Positions 25,740 to 39,318 of a stretch of 64,000 bases of DNA are shown here, one piece after another. Numbering within the stretch: the stretch's first letter is position 1; every line of letters begins with the position of its first letter. Under the pieces are notes generated by a model that was given only the letters and a program-made list of their open reading frames with translations, did not search any database and was not told where the DNA came from. The translations under genes were made by a program, and so were the position numbers. Origin of the DNA: Octopus vulgaris (lineage: Eukaryota); NCBI GenBank assembly GCA_951406725.2, contig OX597818.1, positions 39,804,001 through 39,868,000 of the forward strand. Reading direction: 5' to 3'.

Positions 25740-26511
25740 TGGGGATGCTGAAAAATTCCTGGCTTTAAGAGTATCAGAAAAGGCCTGGTAGGAGGCTAAA
25801 CCATCCAAGTTCTTTTACAAGATTTAGAAAAGCTGTAGGACCACTGCAATAAGTGTGTGAATCTGAGAGGTGAATATCATCATCATCATCGTTTAACGTC
25901 CGTTTTCTGCGCTAGCACAGGTTGGACGGTTCAACCGGGGTCTGGGAAGCCAGAAGGCTGCACCAGGCTCCAGTCTGATCTGGCAGTGTTTCTACAGCTG
26001 GATACCCTTCCTAATGCCAACCACTCTGCAAGTGTAGTGGGTGCTTTTTACGTGCCACCAGCACAGGTGCCAGGGGAGTCTGGCAGTGGCCACGATTGGT
26101 TGGTGCTTTTAACATGCCACCGGCACGGAAGCCAGTCAGGGCGGCGCTGGCATCGGCCACGCTCAGATGGTGCTTTTTACGTGCCACTGGCACAGAAGCC
26201 AGTCGACACGACGCTGGCATCGGCCACGTTCAGATGGTGCTTTTATGTGCCACCGGCACAGGTATCACAATCCGTTGATATTTATTTTGATGTTCATGTA
26301 CTTGACTCAATAGGTCTCCTCAAGCACAGCGGGTTGTTCTGAAATCCAAGGTACTTTGAATGGGCAGGGGCTATGCGGAACTGGTGCAAGAAGCAGCCCG
26401 GGTCTTTGCAGTCACAGCATATCTCCAGAGATCTCGGTGTTGAATAAAATCATAATTAACTGATCTTCTTGTGTTTTCTTTAACCTAAAGCCAGGAATTT
26501 TTCAGCACCCA
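25740..26511 (+). mobile_element. Mariner-derived MITE split by an RTE insertion
   Basis: TIRs GGGATGCTGAAAAATTCCTGGCTTTA and TAAAGCCAGGAATTTTTCAGCACCC. The mariner C-terminus KCVNLRGEY|VE* is interrupted at 25877/26438. Confidence 0.8.
25878..26437 (-). mobile_element. RTE LINE 3'-end fragment nested in the MITE
   Basis: (CAT)n tail, 3' UTR units and the last RT codons. Confidence 0.88.
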
Positions 26512-26825
26512 CTCAAAGCCTGCCAAAGATCTTATTATATAGTTTGTGTAACTTTTGGTTCACTGAATGGTGTGCATAAAGTTCCTAACTACTCCTATCC
26601 TAAATATTAAGCAAGGTCTCATGGCACTAAGTAAAAGAGGGAGAAGTCAAGCTCTGCCTTGTTAACTAGCAGCTAGGGTTTTGTCATGTTGACCTTAATT
26701 TTTTTTTCTTTTAGACCATACTTGCATTTTGGGACTTTTTTTTATAACTCATTGATAGATTCTTCTATAAGAAGCCGGTCATTAATATAATATTGAAGAT
26801 ATAATATATCTTCAATATAATATAT

Positions 26826-27108
26826 TGAAGATTTTTACAGTTCCAGTGATGGAGTGGATCTGTAGTCTTCAAATTAGCTTTCTTCTTTCTGGTTTTGAGA
26901 AGCCTAATTTCTCAAGATTGGTATTTAGTGTGTTAAATATCCGAGGGCCCCAATAATTACAGGTATAAACCTGAACTTGTAATCTGGATAGGATAACTGC
27001 AGATTTCTCAATAGTACAGTGTAGGTATTTTTCTTTTTCACTGATCTTGAGTTTTATGTTAACATCCGCTGCACAGCTAATTTCCACGACTGTTCATAGT
27101 TTCTCGTC

Positions 27109-27110
<2 letters not shown>
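26826..27110 (-). mobile_element. R4/Dong-like non-LTR retrotransposon, restriction-like endonuclease C-terminal remnant
   Basis: Frameshifted peptides VVEISCAADVNIKLKISEKE...YPDYKFRFIPVIIGALGY...LEKLGFSKPERRKLI (PVIIGALG motif). Confidence 0.7.
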
Positions 27111-27139
<29 letters not shown>

Positions 27140-27616
27140 TGTATGTGTGTATGTATGTATGTATGTATGTGTCTGTATGGATGGGTTGATTGATGTGTGT
27201 GTATGTATGCTTGTATATGTATATGTGTGTATGTACATATGTATGTATATATGTAAACATGTGAAGGTGTGTAACCTAGTGGTTAGAGTATGCAGCTCAT
27301 GATTGTAAGGTCATGAGTTCAATTCCAGGTGGTGTATTGTGCCCTTGACAAGACATTACTTTATTTCACATTGCTCCACTCCACTCAGGTGGCAAAAATG
27401 AGTTGTACCTGTATTTCAAAGGGCCAGCCTTGTTACATTCTGTGTCATGCTGAATCTCCTTGAGAACTACGTTATGAGTTCATGTGTCTGTGGAGTGCTC
27501 AGCCTATCCAGACTGTGTGATGCAAGCATTTTGGAGGGGTTATCTCCTCTTCCATTACAGAAACTGGATGATGGTGCTGCGAGCAGATAAGAGAGACAAT
27601 TTCTCTTATGTTATTC

Positions 27617-28190
27617 CATCATCATCATCATCATCATCGTTTAGCGTCCGTTTTCCATGCTAGCATGGGTTGGACGGTTCTACTGGGGTCTGTGAAGCCA
27701 GAAGGCTTCATCAGGCCCAGTCAAATCTGGCAGTGTTTCTACGGCTGGATGCCCTTCCTAACGCCAACCACTCCGAGAGTGTAGTGGGTGCTTTTTACGT
27801 GCCACCCGCACAGGTGCCAGACAGAGCTGGCAAACGGCCACGAACGGATGGTGCTTTTTATGTGCCACCGGCACGAGGGCCAGGCGAGGCTGGCAACGGA
27901 CACAAAACGGGGCGCTGCTGGCAACGGTCATGAAACGGAAGGTTCTCTTACATGCCACCGGCACTGGTAACACATCTGCAATTTCCATTGATCGATTTCG
28001 ATTCTGATCCTCATTTGCCTCAACGGGTCTTCACAAGTAGAGTTTCGACATGCCACCGGCACTGGTAACACATCTGCAATTTCCATTGATCGATTTCGAT
28101 TCTGATCCTCATTTGCCTCAACAGGTCTTCACAAGTAGAGTTTTGTGTCCCAAGAAGGGAAGGTATGCATACGTAGGCTGGCTCCATCCC
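27617..28190 (-). mobile_element. RTE LINE 3'-end fragment with an internal ~98-bp direct duplication
   Basis: ACATGCCACCGGCACTGGTAACACATCTGCAATTTCC...CACAAGTAGAGTTT appears at 27950 and again at 28048. Confidence 0.88.
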
Positions 28191-28267
28191 ATTCCGGTCA
28201 TCATAATTCAGCTGCTGGAGTTATTCAGTGACTCACCATAAATAAATTGGAAGGTGGGAGCACTAAA

Positions 28268-28450
28268 CAGTTTGAATATGTCAGTGGCACATGCGAACTC
28301 AAAAACAAGCTGTTCACTGTGTTTTGTCAAGGAGAAAATTTCTCACTGTAGAGAAATTTTCTCCAACTTTACAACAAGAAATTTTATCCATGACAAAACA
28401 GTGAATGACTTGTTTACAAGTTCAAACATCCCACTGACATATTCAAACTG
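28268..28450. mobile_element. Foldback/MITE-like palindrome 1
   Basis: Perfect 20-bp terminal IR CAGTTTGAATATGTCAGTGG, with imperfect pairing continuing to a ~13-nt loop. Confidence 0.8.
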
Positions 28451-28529
28451 GTAAGAGCATTGAATCTTGAATGTGTATAATGTTTTAATGCTATTGGAGA
28501 GTCATCATACCAATAATAATAACATATCT

Positions 28530-28728
28530 ACAGGTTCGATTCTACTTCTTTGTTGAGAGTCAATTGGTTAATAACTAACCAAATAACTAATTGATTACTT
28601 GTTTAACGTACTGGTTAAACAGTCAATCAGTTGTTTGTTTAACTAGCACATTAAGCAAATGATCAGTTAATTAGTTGGTTAGATATTTAACAAATTGACG
28701 AACAGTATAGAAGTTGAGTCGAATCTGT
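28530..28728. mobile_element. Foldback/MITE-like palindrome 2
   Basis: ACAGGTTCGATTCTACTTCT pairs with AGAAGTTGAGTCGAATCTGT; internal GTCAATT/AATTGAC and TAACCAA/TTGGTTA also pair. Confidence 0.7.
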
Positions 28729-29419
28729 GTATGTGATATTATTAATGGCTCTTAAGTCAACAGAATTTGTTTCAACACATGAATTCACATCAAGAACCTT
28801 ACAAATCAAATACAGAAACGAAAATCAATTTATATTATGATTCAAATATCTATACTGACTTACAATTCCTCATCTATATAGACATAATTCTGCGAATGTT
28901 ATTGTTACACAAAGTAAAACAAAATAATCTCTTACTTTTCTTTTGCTCTAAAAATCTATCTACATATGTGTGTGTACACATGTGCATGTGTACACACATG
29001 TGTGTGTGAGCTTGGTGCAGCCATCTGGTTCACCAGTCCTCAGTCAAATTGTCCAACCCATGCTAGCATGGAAAGCAGACATTAAACAATGATGATGATG
29101 ATGATGATGACTTGGCTGTCATCTGGTTCGAGACCTTTGGCGATTTACACAAGCATGCATAAATGTGTATTTATCAACATTTTCCTGAATAAGGACTCTC
29201 TCCAAAACATTGGTTTATCCACTCGCTACTGAAAGTTCAATGAACTTTCTTTGTTAATTTTACTAAATAACACAAATCTTGTGGGTGCGGCCCAACACCA
29301 GTCTCTTTGGAATCTGTTTGATTGTATGCATGTAAATATGAGTGCAAATATGTGTGTCTCTATGTTAAAGTATGATTATGTATGAATATATGTATTTATC
29401 TATGAATCTAGTGTGCACG

Positions 29420-29945
29420 TAAGTGAAATTGTAGATGTGGTCAATGCTGGTATCCATAACTGGTACCTGTGCTGATGGCATGTAAAAAGCACCACTCAGG
29501 CATTGGGCCACATGGAAGCAATGTGGCTGATGCCAGTGTTGCTTAACTAGCACCTCTGCCAGTGGCATGTAAAAGTATTGGGTCTCATAGAGGCAATGAC
29601 AAATGACCGAGACCCTTGGTGATATGCCATGCTTGAGAAGAAGACCCATCAGCCAAGTGAAATTGTAGTCATGCCAGATACTAGTGCCATGCAACTTGCA
29701 TCCATGCTGATGACAAATGAAAGCACCCATTACACTCTTGGAGCGATTGGTGTTAGGAAGGGCATCCAACCATAGAAACCATGGCAAATCAGACTGGAGT
29801 TTGATGCAGCCTTTCAGTTTATCAGCCCTTGTCAAACTGACCAACCCATGGACAACAGATGTTAAATGATGATGATGATGATGATGATGATAATGATGAT
29901 GATGATGATGACGACGATGACGATGACAATGATGATGATGAAGAT
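29420..29945 (+). mobile_element. Older RTE 3'-end fragment with expanded (GAT)n tail
   Basis: GTTAGGAAGGGCATCCA...GTTAAATGATGATG. A shorter tail copy lies at 29010-29110. Confidence 0.75.
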
Positions 29946-30245
29946 GATATAACTATGCCATGGCTAGTCCCAAGCTCAGCTGCAAAAGGAGGAGGGTGGT
30001 TTCCCTGCTGAGGCGGCTAGAGTCTGGAAACTGGGGAAACAAGACAAGAAACCATATGGATACTATCAGATAACATTTATTCATTTGTGCATGGGACAAA
30101 ACAAATTCAGAAGCCAGCACTATGGATTGGAAAACATGGATTAACATTATTACCAGAGTCTGACATCCAGTGGCACCCGCAGGACAGCCTCCCTGTCCAT
30201 TTGCCAGCTAGGAATTACAGAAGAAGAATAAATGTATGTGTTTAT

Positions 30246-30668
30246 ACTTACTCTTTTTTACTCTTTTATTCTTTTACTTGTTTCAGTCATTTGACTGTGG
30301 CCATGCTGGAGCACCGCTTTTAGTTGAGCAAATAAACCCCAGGACTTATTCTTTGTAAGCCTAGTACTTATTCTATCAATCTCTTTTGCTGAACTGCTAA
30401 GTTACGGGGATGTAAACATACCAGCATTGGTTGTCAAGTGATGTTGGTGGGGGGACAAACACAGACACAAACATATACACACACACATACACATACATAT
30501 AGACATATATACGACAGGCTTATTTTAGTTTCTATCTACCAAATCCACTCACAAGGCTTTGGTCAGCCCGAGGCTATAGTAGAAGACACTTGCCCGAGGT
30601 GCCACACAGTGGGACGGAACCCAGAATCATGTGGCTCATAAGCAAGCTACTTACCACACAGCCACTCC
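30246..30668 (-). mobile_element. SINE family A, full length
   Basis: Reverse-complement match to the family consensus. Confidence 0.9.
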
Positions 30669-31104
30669 ATTATTTTAATACCCTGTAGCTGTTGTCTGAT
30701 TAACACAATAGATAATATTTGTGACGACATGATGATTTAGGTAAATGGCACTATTAAATTAGCTGGACTTGTAAAAACTTCATGTAAAACATAAAAATAT
30801 GTAAGCATCTGTAAATTGTGTGCTGGTGCCATAAGAAATGTTTCTATGTTGTGACAGTTACAGAATATAGAAAGTAATGTAAAACCAATAACTATATAAT
30901 CCAATCAAAATATCTCTGTTACATAAATGTAAACAGAATTACTATTTAACCTTGAAATACGTATTCAAAGAACCTTCTTGGTTTAGTGGTACGGAATGTT
31001 CTTCTTGTATTCTTTTATTCTTTTACTTGTTTCAGTCATTTGACAGTGGCCCTTTAGTCAAAGAAATAGAACCCTGGATTATAGGAGGTTATAGTAGAAG
31101 ACTG

Positions 31105-31293
31105 CCCTGATTGACCGCAAGCTTCATAAATTTTTTAATTCTCTCTCTGTTTATTTTCTCATGTTCCTTTCTGTTGAAGAGTATAGGCTCGAAACATAAA
31201 AGACTTTCTCACCTTCCCAAGTGTTAAACTAATACACCTGTTTGTTTTTTATACACCTGTCTTTGTCTTTGGTTTTTCTGTAAATTTCAACTA
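31105..31293 (+). mobile_element. Related PLE-end-like module with degenerate hammerhead (31167-31202)
   Basis: CTTT-CTGTTGA-AGAG tatagg CTC-GAAACATA-AAAG. The downstream ACTAATACA...TTTGTTT...GTAAA also occurs inverted at 20790-20890. Confidence 0.5.
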
Positions 31294-32151
31294 TAGTAGA
31301 AGACACTCTGTAAAGCGTAGAGTTGAATTTCGTGTAGCCACCTGTTGGAAACTTTTCTTCCCCACCCATTTTGTAGGAGGTATTACCCATTTTTCTAGAC
31401 TCTTTTCACAGCTGTACCCCATTCGAAATTTACATTAGTTTTTGTATGAAAAATGGGGAAGAGAGGGGGGGCTAGTTTGTAGTTTGTAGAGAAAATGTTG
31501 AACGTGCCTCAAAAAAAAACATGGTCTTATTCCCCAACTAAAAGACATGAAGAATCATGAAAGAAGGTGAATAAGTACCAGGGGTGGGGAAAAGAAGAGA
31601 GAACTGACACTTGATCCTTCTAGAACTCCCAGAATGAAAACCTAAACACCTGAAAGACTTCCTCTCTATTCATTACTATATCTCTTCCCCTCCTTTTCCT
31701 CATTAAAAGTAAAGAAGCTAGAAAAGATCGATTGTATTTCAATCTAATTATTGTCTTAAATGACTGAGGCATTCCTTTCCCTGTCTCTATCAATTCACTC
31801 CTTTTCTCTATGGTTAAGAGAGTGATGGTGCATGGCTCAGTAGTTAGGGGTATTCTGCTGACGATTGTAAGATTATGAGTATGATTCCCTGCGGCATGCT
31901 GTGTTCTTGAGCAAGACACTCTACCACACCTTGCTGCAGTCCACTCAGCTGGTAAAAAAGAGTTGTAGCAGTAATTCAAAGGGGCCAACCTTGTTACATT
32001 CTGTGTGAAGCTGAATCTCCCTGAGAACTACGTTAATGGTATGCACGTCTGTGGAGTACTCAGCCACTTGCATGTAAATTTTATCCTAGTGTGATAATGA
32101 AAAGTGAAAGTTACATCCAACACTTGCTGTAATTAATTTTTTTTTTTAAAC

Positions 32152-32500
32152 TATGTATCTACTTTTCTTTTGATGTATGTATCAGTCTACTCTGAAAATA
32201 CTGATAAACATTTAAAAACACAAAACAAAAACCACCGTCCTTTCAGTCACCACCCACTGTCTCTCTCACTTTCTCTCTCTCTTTCTGTCTCACTTCCTCT
32301 TGGTCACTCTCTCTCCCACTTTTAATTTAACAATGTGTGTATGTATCTCTGTATGTATGTATCTATTTTTCTTTCAATGTATGCATGTCTTTTCTGAAAA
32401 TACTGATAAACATTTAAAAACAAAAAAAGGAACACCACCTTACTTTCAGTCACTACTCATTATCTCTCTTACTTCCTCTCTGTCTGTCCTCTCTCCCATC
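32152..32500. repeat. Diverged tandem duplication (~204-bp period)
   Basis: TCTGAAAATACTGATAAACATTTAAAAACA...CTTTCAGTCAC occurs twice. Confidence 0.75.
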
Positions 32501-32811
32501 TCTTCTGTTTAACAACTTTTATTTCTCTTTTTTTTTTATCTCTCCCTTCAACCTTTTTACACCTTCCTTTGAAGTAAATGTGACACACACCGCAGGTAAA
32601 AGAACAAAAGTTAGCAGATTAATATTTAGGATTAATTTAACTCAGATTAATTATGCATTGCAATTTCATATTTATGGACTTAATGATGTTAATTCAAATG
32701 AAACTGCTTTTGTGCAGAATTAAACTATGAACTCAGTGTGAAATTATTTTCTTTTTATATTCTGTATATGTATATATACATATGTTCATATATACACGCG
32801 TACATATATAC

Positions 32812-32858
<47 letters not shown>

Positions 32859-32866
32859 TAAGATAG

Positions 32867-32927
<61 letters not shown>

Positions 32928-32928
<1 letters not shown>

Positions 32929-33085
32929 GTTAATCCAAACATGAAAACACAAAGAGAAAACACAACACAAGGACGTGGAACAAATATAGTATTATTGGAC
33001 GCTCAGGAAAGGAAAGAAAGAAGGAGGATTTAACGTTTCGAGCGGAGCTCTTCGTCAGAAACATAGGAAAAGGAAAGATCCAATG
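32928..33085 (-). mobile_element. Hammerhead-bearing repeat module, copy 4 (motif at 33028-33062)
   Basis: ATTTAACGTTTCGAGCGGAGCTCTTCGTCAGAAAC is the exact reverse complement of the copy 1 motif; the module abuts (TA)n/(CA)n. Confidence 0.78.
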
Positions 33086-33134
33086 AAGGGAAGACAGAGG
33101 AAAAAAAATCGCCCACGATACACATATATATATA

Positions 33135-33353
33135 GGCGTAGGAGTGGCTGTGTGGTAAGTGTAGAAGGATAGGCATAGGAGTGGCTGTGTGGTAAGTAGC
33201 TTCCTTACGAACCACATGGCTCCAGGTTCAGTCCCACTGCTTGGCAACTTGGGCAAGTGTCTTCTACTATAGCTTCAGGCCAACCAAAGCCTTGTGAGTG
33301 GATTTGGTAGACGGAAACTGAAAGAAGCCCGTCATATATATGTATGTATATAT

Positions 33354-33400
<47 letters not shown>

Positions 33401-33648
33401 TGTGTGTATGTATGTGTCTGTGTGTGTGTGTATATGTTTGTGTGTCTGTGTTTGTCCCCCTAACATCGCTTGACAACTGATGCTGGTGTGTTTATATCCC
33501 TGTAACTTAGTGGTTTGGCAAAAGAGAGGAATAGAATAAGTACTAGGTTTACAAAGAATAAGTCCTAGGGTCGATTTGCTCGACTAAAGATGGTGCTCCA
33601 GCATGGCCACAGTCAAATGACTGAAACAAGTAAAAGAGTAAAAGAGTA
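33135..33648 (+). mobile_element. SINE family A with duplicated 5' head
   Basis: TAGGAGTGGCTGTGTGGTAAGT occurs twice (33139 and 33176) before a full body. Confidence 0.9.
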
Positions 33649-33711
33649 TATATATATATAATATATATATATATATATGCATGCATGTGTATATCTATTT
33701 ATATTTATGTG

Positions 33712-33749
<38 letters not shown>

Positions 33750-33750
<1 letters not shown>

Positions 33751-33780
33751 TAGCAATGCATCCCGGCATTGCCCAGGTGT
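33750..33780 (-). mobile_element. Helitron 3' terminus (element extends rightwards, boundary unclear)
   Basis: Minus strand CCTGGGCAATGCCGGG hairpin followed by ATGCATTG-CTAG-T, the same architecture as at 6603-6630. Confidence 0.55.
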
Positions 33781-34659
33781 TATGACCTACAGGCACATTG
33801 TATTATTTGCTTCTTTCTTATGGGCAGAATCGAAGCCACAGATACATAATTAATGGCATAATGGAAGCTATTGTTTGTTTAAAAGTGAAGGGGGAGGGTA
33901 CAGTTTGCATGGGTTTGCATGAAAGTGTTTTCTATTCTTGAGAAGGATCACAAACTATGTATTGTTTCATTGTATAAAAGGGGGTTAATATGATTTTGTC
34001 CAGAAATTACGTTTTCAAAATTTTAATCCCCACCCCCTCCTCCCCGCAATTTCTTAATTTGCAACTTTAAAAAAATTTTTTTCTTTTATTTGTTATCTAT
34101 GTAGAAAAATACAGAGATTACGAATCTGGGAAATACATATATTTTTTACAGTATAATTTTTCTTAAAGAAACACTCAATGCACCTTCCCCCATCTTGCTC
34201 ACCAATCACCTACACACTTTCACTTTTGTATGATGTTTCCTGCATGCAGAGAGTTCTACTGAAATAGCAAACTTAAAGATACCAGATCACCACCAGAAAA
34301 CCTGACATGCTAGAGGCAACAGGTAAACAACATTATTTCTGAAGAAACTTCCCTGTTTTCCAAAAAACTAAAAGTAAAACATTGGGAGTGTGTAGTTTTT
34401 TGAAAGTAGTGAAGTGATGGGTAAAATTCTTAAAGATTCATACTCTGTTTTTTTCTCCATGGATTACCAAGAAAAAATATTTGCAAAAATAAAAAATGTA
34501 TTTGGTATTGAGAGGGAGAAAATTAAAATATTCAGAACATGTTTTGTGGGTGAAATCCCACAAAATGCCCTGTATCGCAAACATAAGAATCAAAAGAAAT
34601 TTAGGGAAAAAAATAAGGTGAGGGAGCGGAAATGCAAGTTTTGAAGAATGCAGTTTGAT

Positions 34660-35728
34660 TTTAACAATTATTTTTCAAAGCCATAATAGAAGTGACAAAG
34701 GAGCAAATTCAGCATATTTTGCTTTCTGAGTTCAATAAAGGCAACAATGCAACAGAAAGTGCAAGGAATATTAATGCAGTATAAGGGGGTTGGACAATAA
34801 GCATAAGTCAGTAGCAACGATGGCTCTAGAAATTCCAAGCTGGAGGATTTGTAAAGCTCAACAAGGACATCCTGCAAACCTTGGTGGAACAAAATCCCAT
34901 TGTAACTCTTGAGGAACCATTCATTGACACTTGCATGCCATCAGATAAGTCAGCAAATTGGGTCAATGGATTCTTCACAAAACTTCCCAAGTCTAAACAT
35001 GTGCAGAGAGTGAATGTGTGCTCTTCTTTGCTGTCACGTCTCATGAATGAACCTTTTTTTGGACCGAATAGAGACTGATGATGAGAAATGGGTTCCCTAT
35101 AAAATTGTCTAGCACCAAAGACAGTGGATAGGGAAAAGAGAAACACCAGCACCCCAGGCTAATGAAGGTCTTCACACATGTAAGGTGTTGTTATTTGTTT
35201 GGTGGGATATGAAAGATTTACTCCACTTTGGCATTTTAAACCCAAACCAAACGATAAAAAAGGAGATCATCTGGGAGCAGCCTGAGTGGCTTAAGTCAGC
35301 GCTAGAAGGTAAATGATCATCTTTGGTTTTAAGATGCAAGGTGTTTTTCCATCAGGATAATGCTCAGCCACAAATAGCGAGGGTGACATTCCAAAGGTTG
35401 GAGCAGTTTGAATGTGAAACAATGCCCCACTCTTTATATTCGACAAACAGTGCCCCATCTGATTATCATTTATTCAACAGTCTTCAAAATCATTTCGATA
35501 GAAAAGCTATGAATTCTGCAGATGAGGTCAGAACAGTATTGGAGGAGTATTTTTTGTCACAGACAAGTGAACTTTGGAAGAGGGGCCTCGCAAGTTTAAC
35601 AGATAGATAGAAGAGTGTTGTAGAAAATGAAGGAGAGTATATTTTAGATTAAAAAAGAACTTTGTTTATCTAGATTTTGAAAAATAAAAGAAGTATAAAA
35701 AAATGCATTATTTATGGGATGACGCAAT
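34660..35728 (+). mobile_element. Mariner (DD34D) transposon, near full-length pseudogene
   Basis: EVTKEQIQHILLSEFNKGNNATESARNINAV* HTH region and FHQDNAQPQ...PHSLYSTNSAPSDYHLFNSLQNHF catalytic region, with stops and frameshifts. Right TIR is ATGCATTATTTATGGGATGACGCAATA. Confidence 0.9.
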
Positions 35729-35781
35729 ATATGTATGTATACATATATATATGTACATATGTGTGTATACATATGCAGACA

Positions 35782-35830
<49 letters not shown>

Positions 35831-36476
35831 TTACATGTGTGTGTGAGTTTGTGTCTGTAGCAACACCAGAAATCTTTATAATCATGACCAAACTGGAAAA
35901 TATCACGTGTAGTGTTGAAAATATTCATACCAATTTCCCTGTTACCAAGCTGATTCAGATGTTTATATATTTCTGTGACAACATTGATGTCATCAATGTG
36001 TTGCAATAAGCATCATGCAACAATACACAGGACTAAGCAAAGCTAAGTCTATACCAGGATAAAGATTATATATTCAGTCAATAATTTACATCAAACTAGC
36101 TATGCTACATCAAGTGTAAATGTTTTCCTTGCTATGTTAGTTATAATATAATATATTATAATATGATATAACATATTATGATATAATATATTATAATATA
36201 TTATAATATATTATAATATATAATATAATATGATATATTATGATATAATATAATATAATATAAAAGCAGCGAGCTGGCAGAATTGTTAGCACACTGGGCG
36301 AAATGCTTAGCAGTATTTCGTCTGCCATTACTTTCTGAGTTCAAATTCCGCCTTTCGGGGTTGATTAAATAAGTACCAGTTACACACTGGGATTGATGTA
36401 ATCAACTTAATCCTTTTGTTTGTCCCCTCTATGTTTAGCCCCCTGTGGACAATAAAGAAATAAATATACTATATTT

Positions 36477-37080
36477 ATCATCATCATCATCATCATCGTT
36501 TAACATCCGTTTTCTGTGCTAGCATGGGTTGGATGGTTCAACCAGGGTCTGGGAAGCCATGGAGGCTGCACCAGGCTCCAGTCTGATCTGGCAGTGTTTC
36601 TACAGCTGGATGCCCTTCCTAATGCCAACCAGTCCGTGAGTGTAGTGGATGCTTTTTACATGCCACCGGCACAGGGGCGGGGGTGGCTGGCAGTGGCCAT
36701 GATCGGTTGGTGCTTTTTACGTGCCACCAGCACAGAAGCCAGTCAAGGTGGCGCTGGCATCGGCTACGTTCGGATGGTGCTTTTTATGTTCCACCAGCAC
36801 AGGTATCCCAACTACAATTTCCTTTTGATATGTATTTTGATGTTGATGTACTTGACTCTATAGGTCTCCTCAAGCACAGCAGGTCACCCTATGATCCAAG
36901 GTAAGCACAGCAGGTCATTCTGCAATCCAAGGTACTTTGGATGGGCTGGGGCTATGCAAGACTGGTGCAGGAAACAGCCATGAACTCACATTATTTGTCG
37001 AGTCTTTGCAGTCACAGCATCTCTCCAGAGATCTCGGTCTTTTGTCACTGCCTCTGTGAGGCCCAACGTTCGAAGGTCAT
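36477..37080 (-). mobile_element. RTE LINE 3'-end fragment
   Basis: (CAT)n tail, UTR units and RT C-terminal codons (CGAAGGTCAT), lying within (TAATA)n tracts at 36140-36260 and 37080-37245. Confidence 0.85.
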
Positions 37081-37835
37081 AATATATTATATTATATAAT
37101 ATATTATATTATATATTATGATGTGTTATGATATAATATAATACATTATATTATGATATAATATATTATAATATATAATATAATATAATATAGCATGATA
37201 TAATATAATATATTATAACATAACATAATATAATATAGTATAATATTGGTTTCACGCTGCGATGGTCTGGTGTCCCGTCCAGCTGGGGGGAACACATACG
37301 CCACAGAAACCGGGAAACTGGGCCCATGAGCCTGGCTAGGCTTGAAAAGGGCGACGTTTTATAATATTGGTTTCAGATTTTGGCACAATGCCAGCAGTTT
37401 TGGTAAGTGGGTAAATCAATTACATCAACTCCAGTGTTCAACTGGTACTTATTGACCCTGAAAAGATGAAAGGCAAAGTCAGCCTCAGCAGAATTTGAAC
37501 TCTGGACATAAAACCAGATGAAATATCTCTAAGCATTTTTCCCAGCATGCTAACGATTCTGCCAGTTTGCCATCTTATAACATATTTTCTGCATTCTAAA
37601 CTTCTTTGTTATAGCTTCTTCTTTGGCCTGTTTCATTCATAGGCTGGGTCCATGCTTGGGCACTACCTTGAAAGATTTAATCAAACTAATTGATCCCAAC
37701 TCTTATTCTATTTGTGACTTTTGCTAAATCATTAATTTATAGGGATGTAAGGAAACTAACCCATACCATTTGTCAAAGCAGTGGTGGGGAAAGAGGACAT
37801 CCACACACCCATACACATATATGTGTGTGAGTGTA

Positions 37836-37877
<42 letters not shown>

Positions 37878-38472
37878 TATTTGTATATTTTTATATATAT
37901 ACATACATAAGCTAAACTGGCATTCTATTGGTTACACTGATGAGGGTCCCAGTTGATCCAATCAACAGAACAGCCTGCTCACAAAATTAACCAATAAAAT
38001 AAGCACCAGACTTCAAAAAATAAAAACTGGAGTTGATTTATTATTATTATTCAAGTCACTGCCTGGAATCAAGCTTGGAATTATGGTGTTTGTAGTATAC
38101 ACTCTTAACCATTATGCCATATGCCAGTGGGCATATGAAGTTGATGTGTTGATATGGAGTTGATTTGTTCAACTAAACCCTTCAAAGTGGTGCTCCAGCA
38201 TGGACCTGCTCCAATGACTGAAACAGGTAAAAGATAAAAAATTAAGAAGATATATATTTATGCTTCTCCAGTTTGATTGACTAATTATGGAGTGATAATT
38301 GGTAGAAGTGTAAAAGAAGTGGGTGTAGTGGTTAAAGCATTAAGCTCTTGATTGTAAGTTTGTGAGTTCAACTCCTGGTAAGGGTGGCATGTTGAATCCT
38401 TGAGCAAAATATTTTGTTTCCTGTGCCAGTCCACATAAGAAGTTCCCATGCTGGTCCAAATAAAATGGACCT

Positions 38473-38668
38473 TTTATCTTTTACTTGTTTCAGTCATTTG
38501 ACTGTGGCCATGCTGGAGCACTGCCTTTCGTCGAGCAAATCGACCCCAGGACTTATTCTTTATAAGCCTAGTACTTATTCTATAGGTCTCTTTTGCCGAA
38601 CCGCTAAGTGACAGGGACGTAAACACACCAGCATAGGTTGTCAAGCAATATTGGGGGGACAAACACAG

Positions 38669-38723
<55 letters not shown>

Positions 38724-39030
38724 CCGAAATTACTACGATGATCCGGTTCTTGACTGAAGATTGAGGGTTTCGAATGTCCTGTCCGTGTTTATTGTATCGT
38801 CTTCTAAGAGTTATACGTTCTTGTCCATGTTGTATTTTTCTACATACCTTAATATATATATATATACATATATACGACAGGCTTCTTTCAGTTTCCGTCT
38901 ACCAAATCCACTCACAAGGCTTTGGTCGGCCCAAGGCTATAGTAGAAGACACTTGCCTAAGGTACCACGCAGTGGGACTGAACCCAGAACCATGTGGCTG
39001 GTAAACAAGCTACTTACCACACAGCCACAC
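38473..39030 (-). mobile_element. SINE family A carrying a ~130-bp foreign insert in its central microsatellite
   Basis: Tail at 38473-38670, insert at 38721-38853 between TA runs, head at 38870-39030. An RTE tail follows at 39030-39217 (+). Confidence 0.88.
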
Positions 39031-39269
39031 CTGTGCCAATCCACATAGAAAGTACCCAGCACAGTCTGTAAAGTGGTTGGCATTAGGAAGGGCATCCAAC
39101 CATAGAAACCATGCCTAGTCAGACTGGATTCTGGTGCAGTACCCCAGCTTGCCAGCTCTGGTCAAACTATCCAACCCATTCCAGCATGGAAAAACGGATG
39201 TGAAACGATGATGATGATTGCTCCAGTTCATTCATTGAAAATCATTATTACCTTCCACAGCCTCCTTTG

Positions 39270-39278
39270 GATCATCAT

Positions 39279-39318
<40 letters not shown>

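Noticed and set aside
37935-37950. Isolated CTGATGA (also at 5905 and 14204) and weak motifs at 29185 and 38754
   Set aside because: There is no correctly placed GAAA/stems, or there are too many core substitutions; 37935 appears to be the antisense of a SINE tail.
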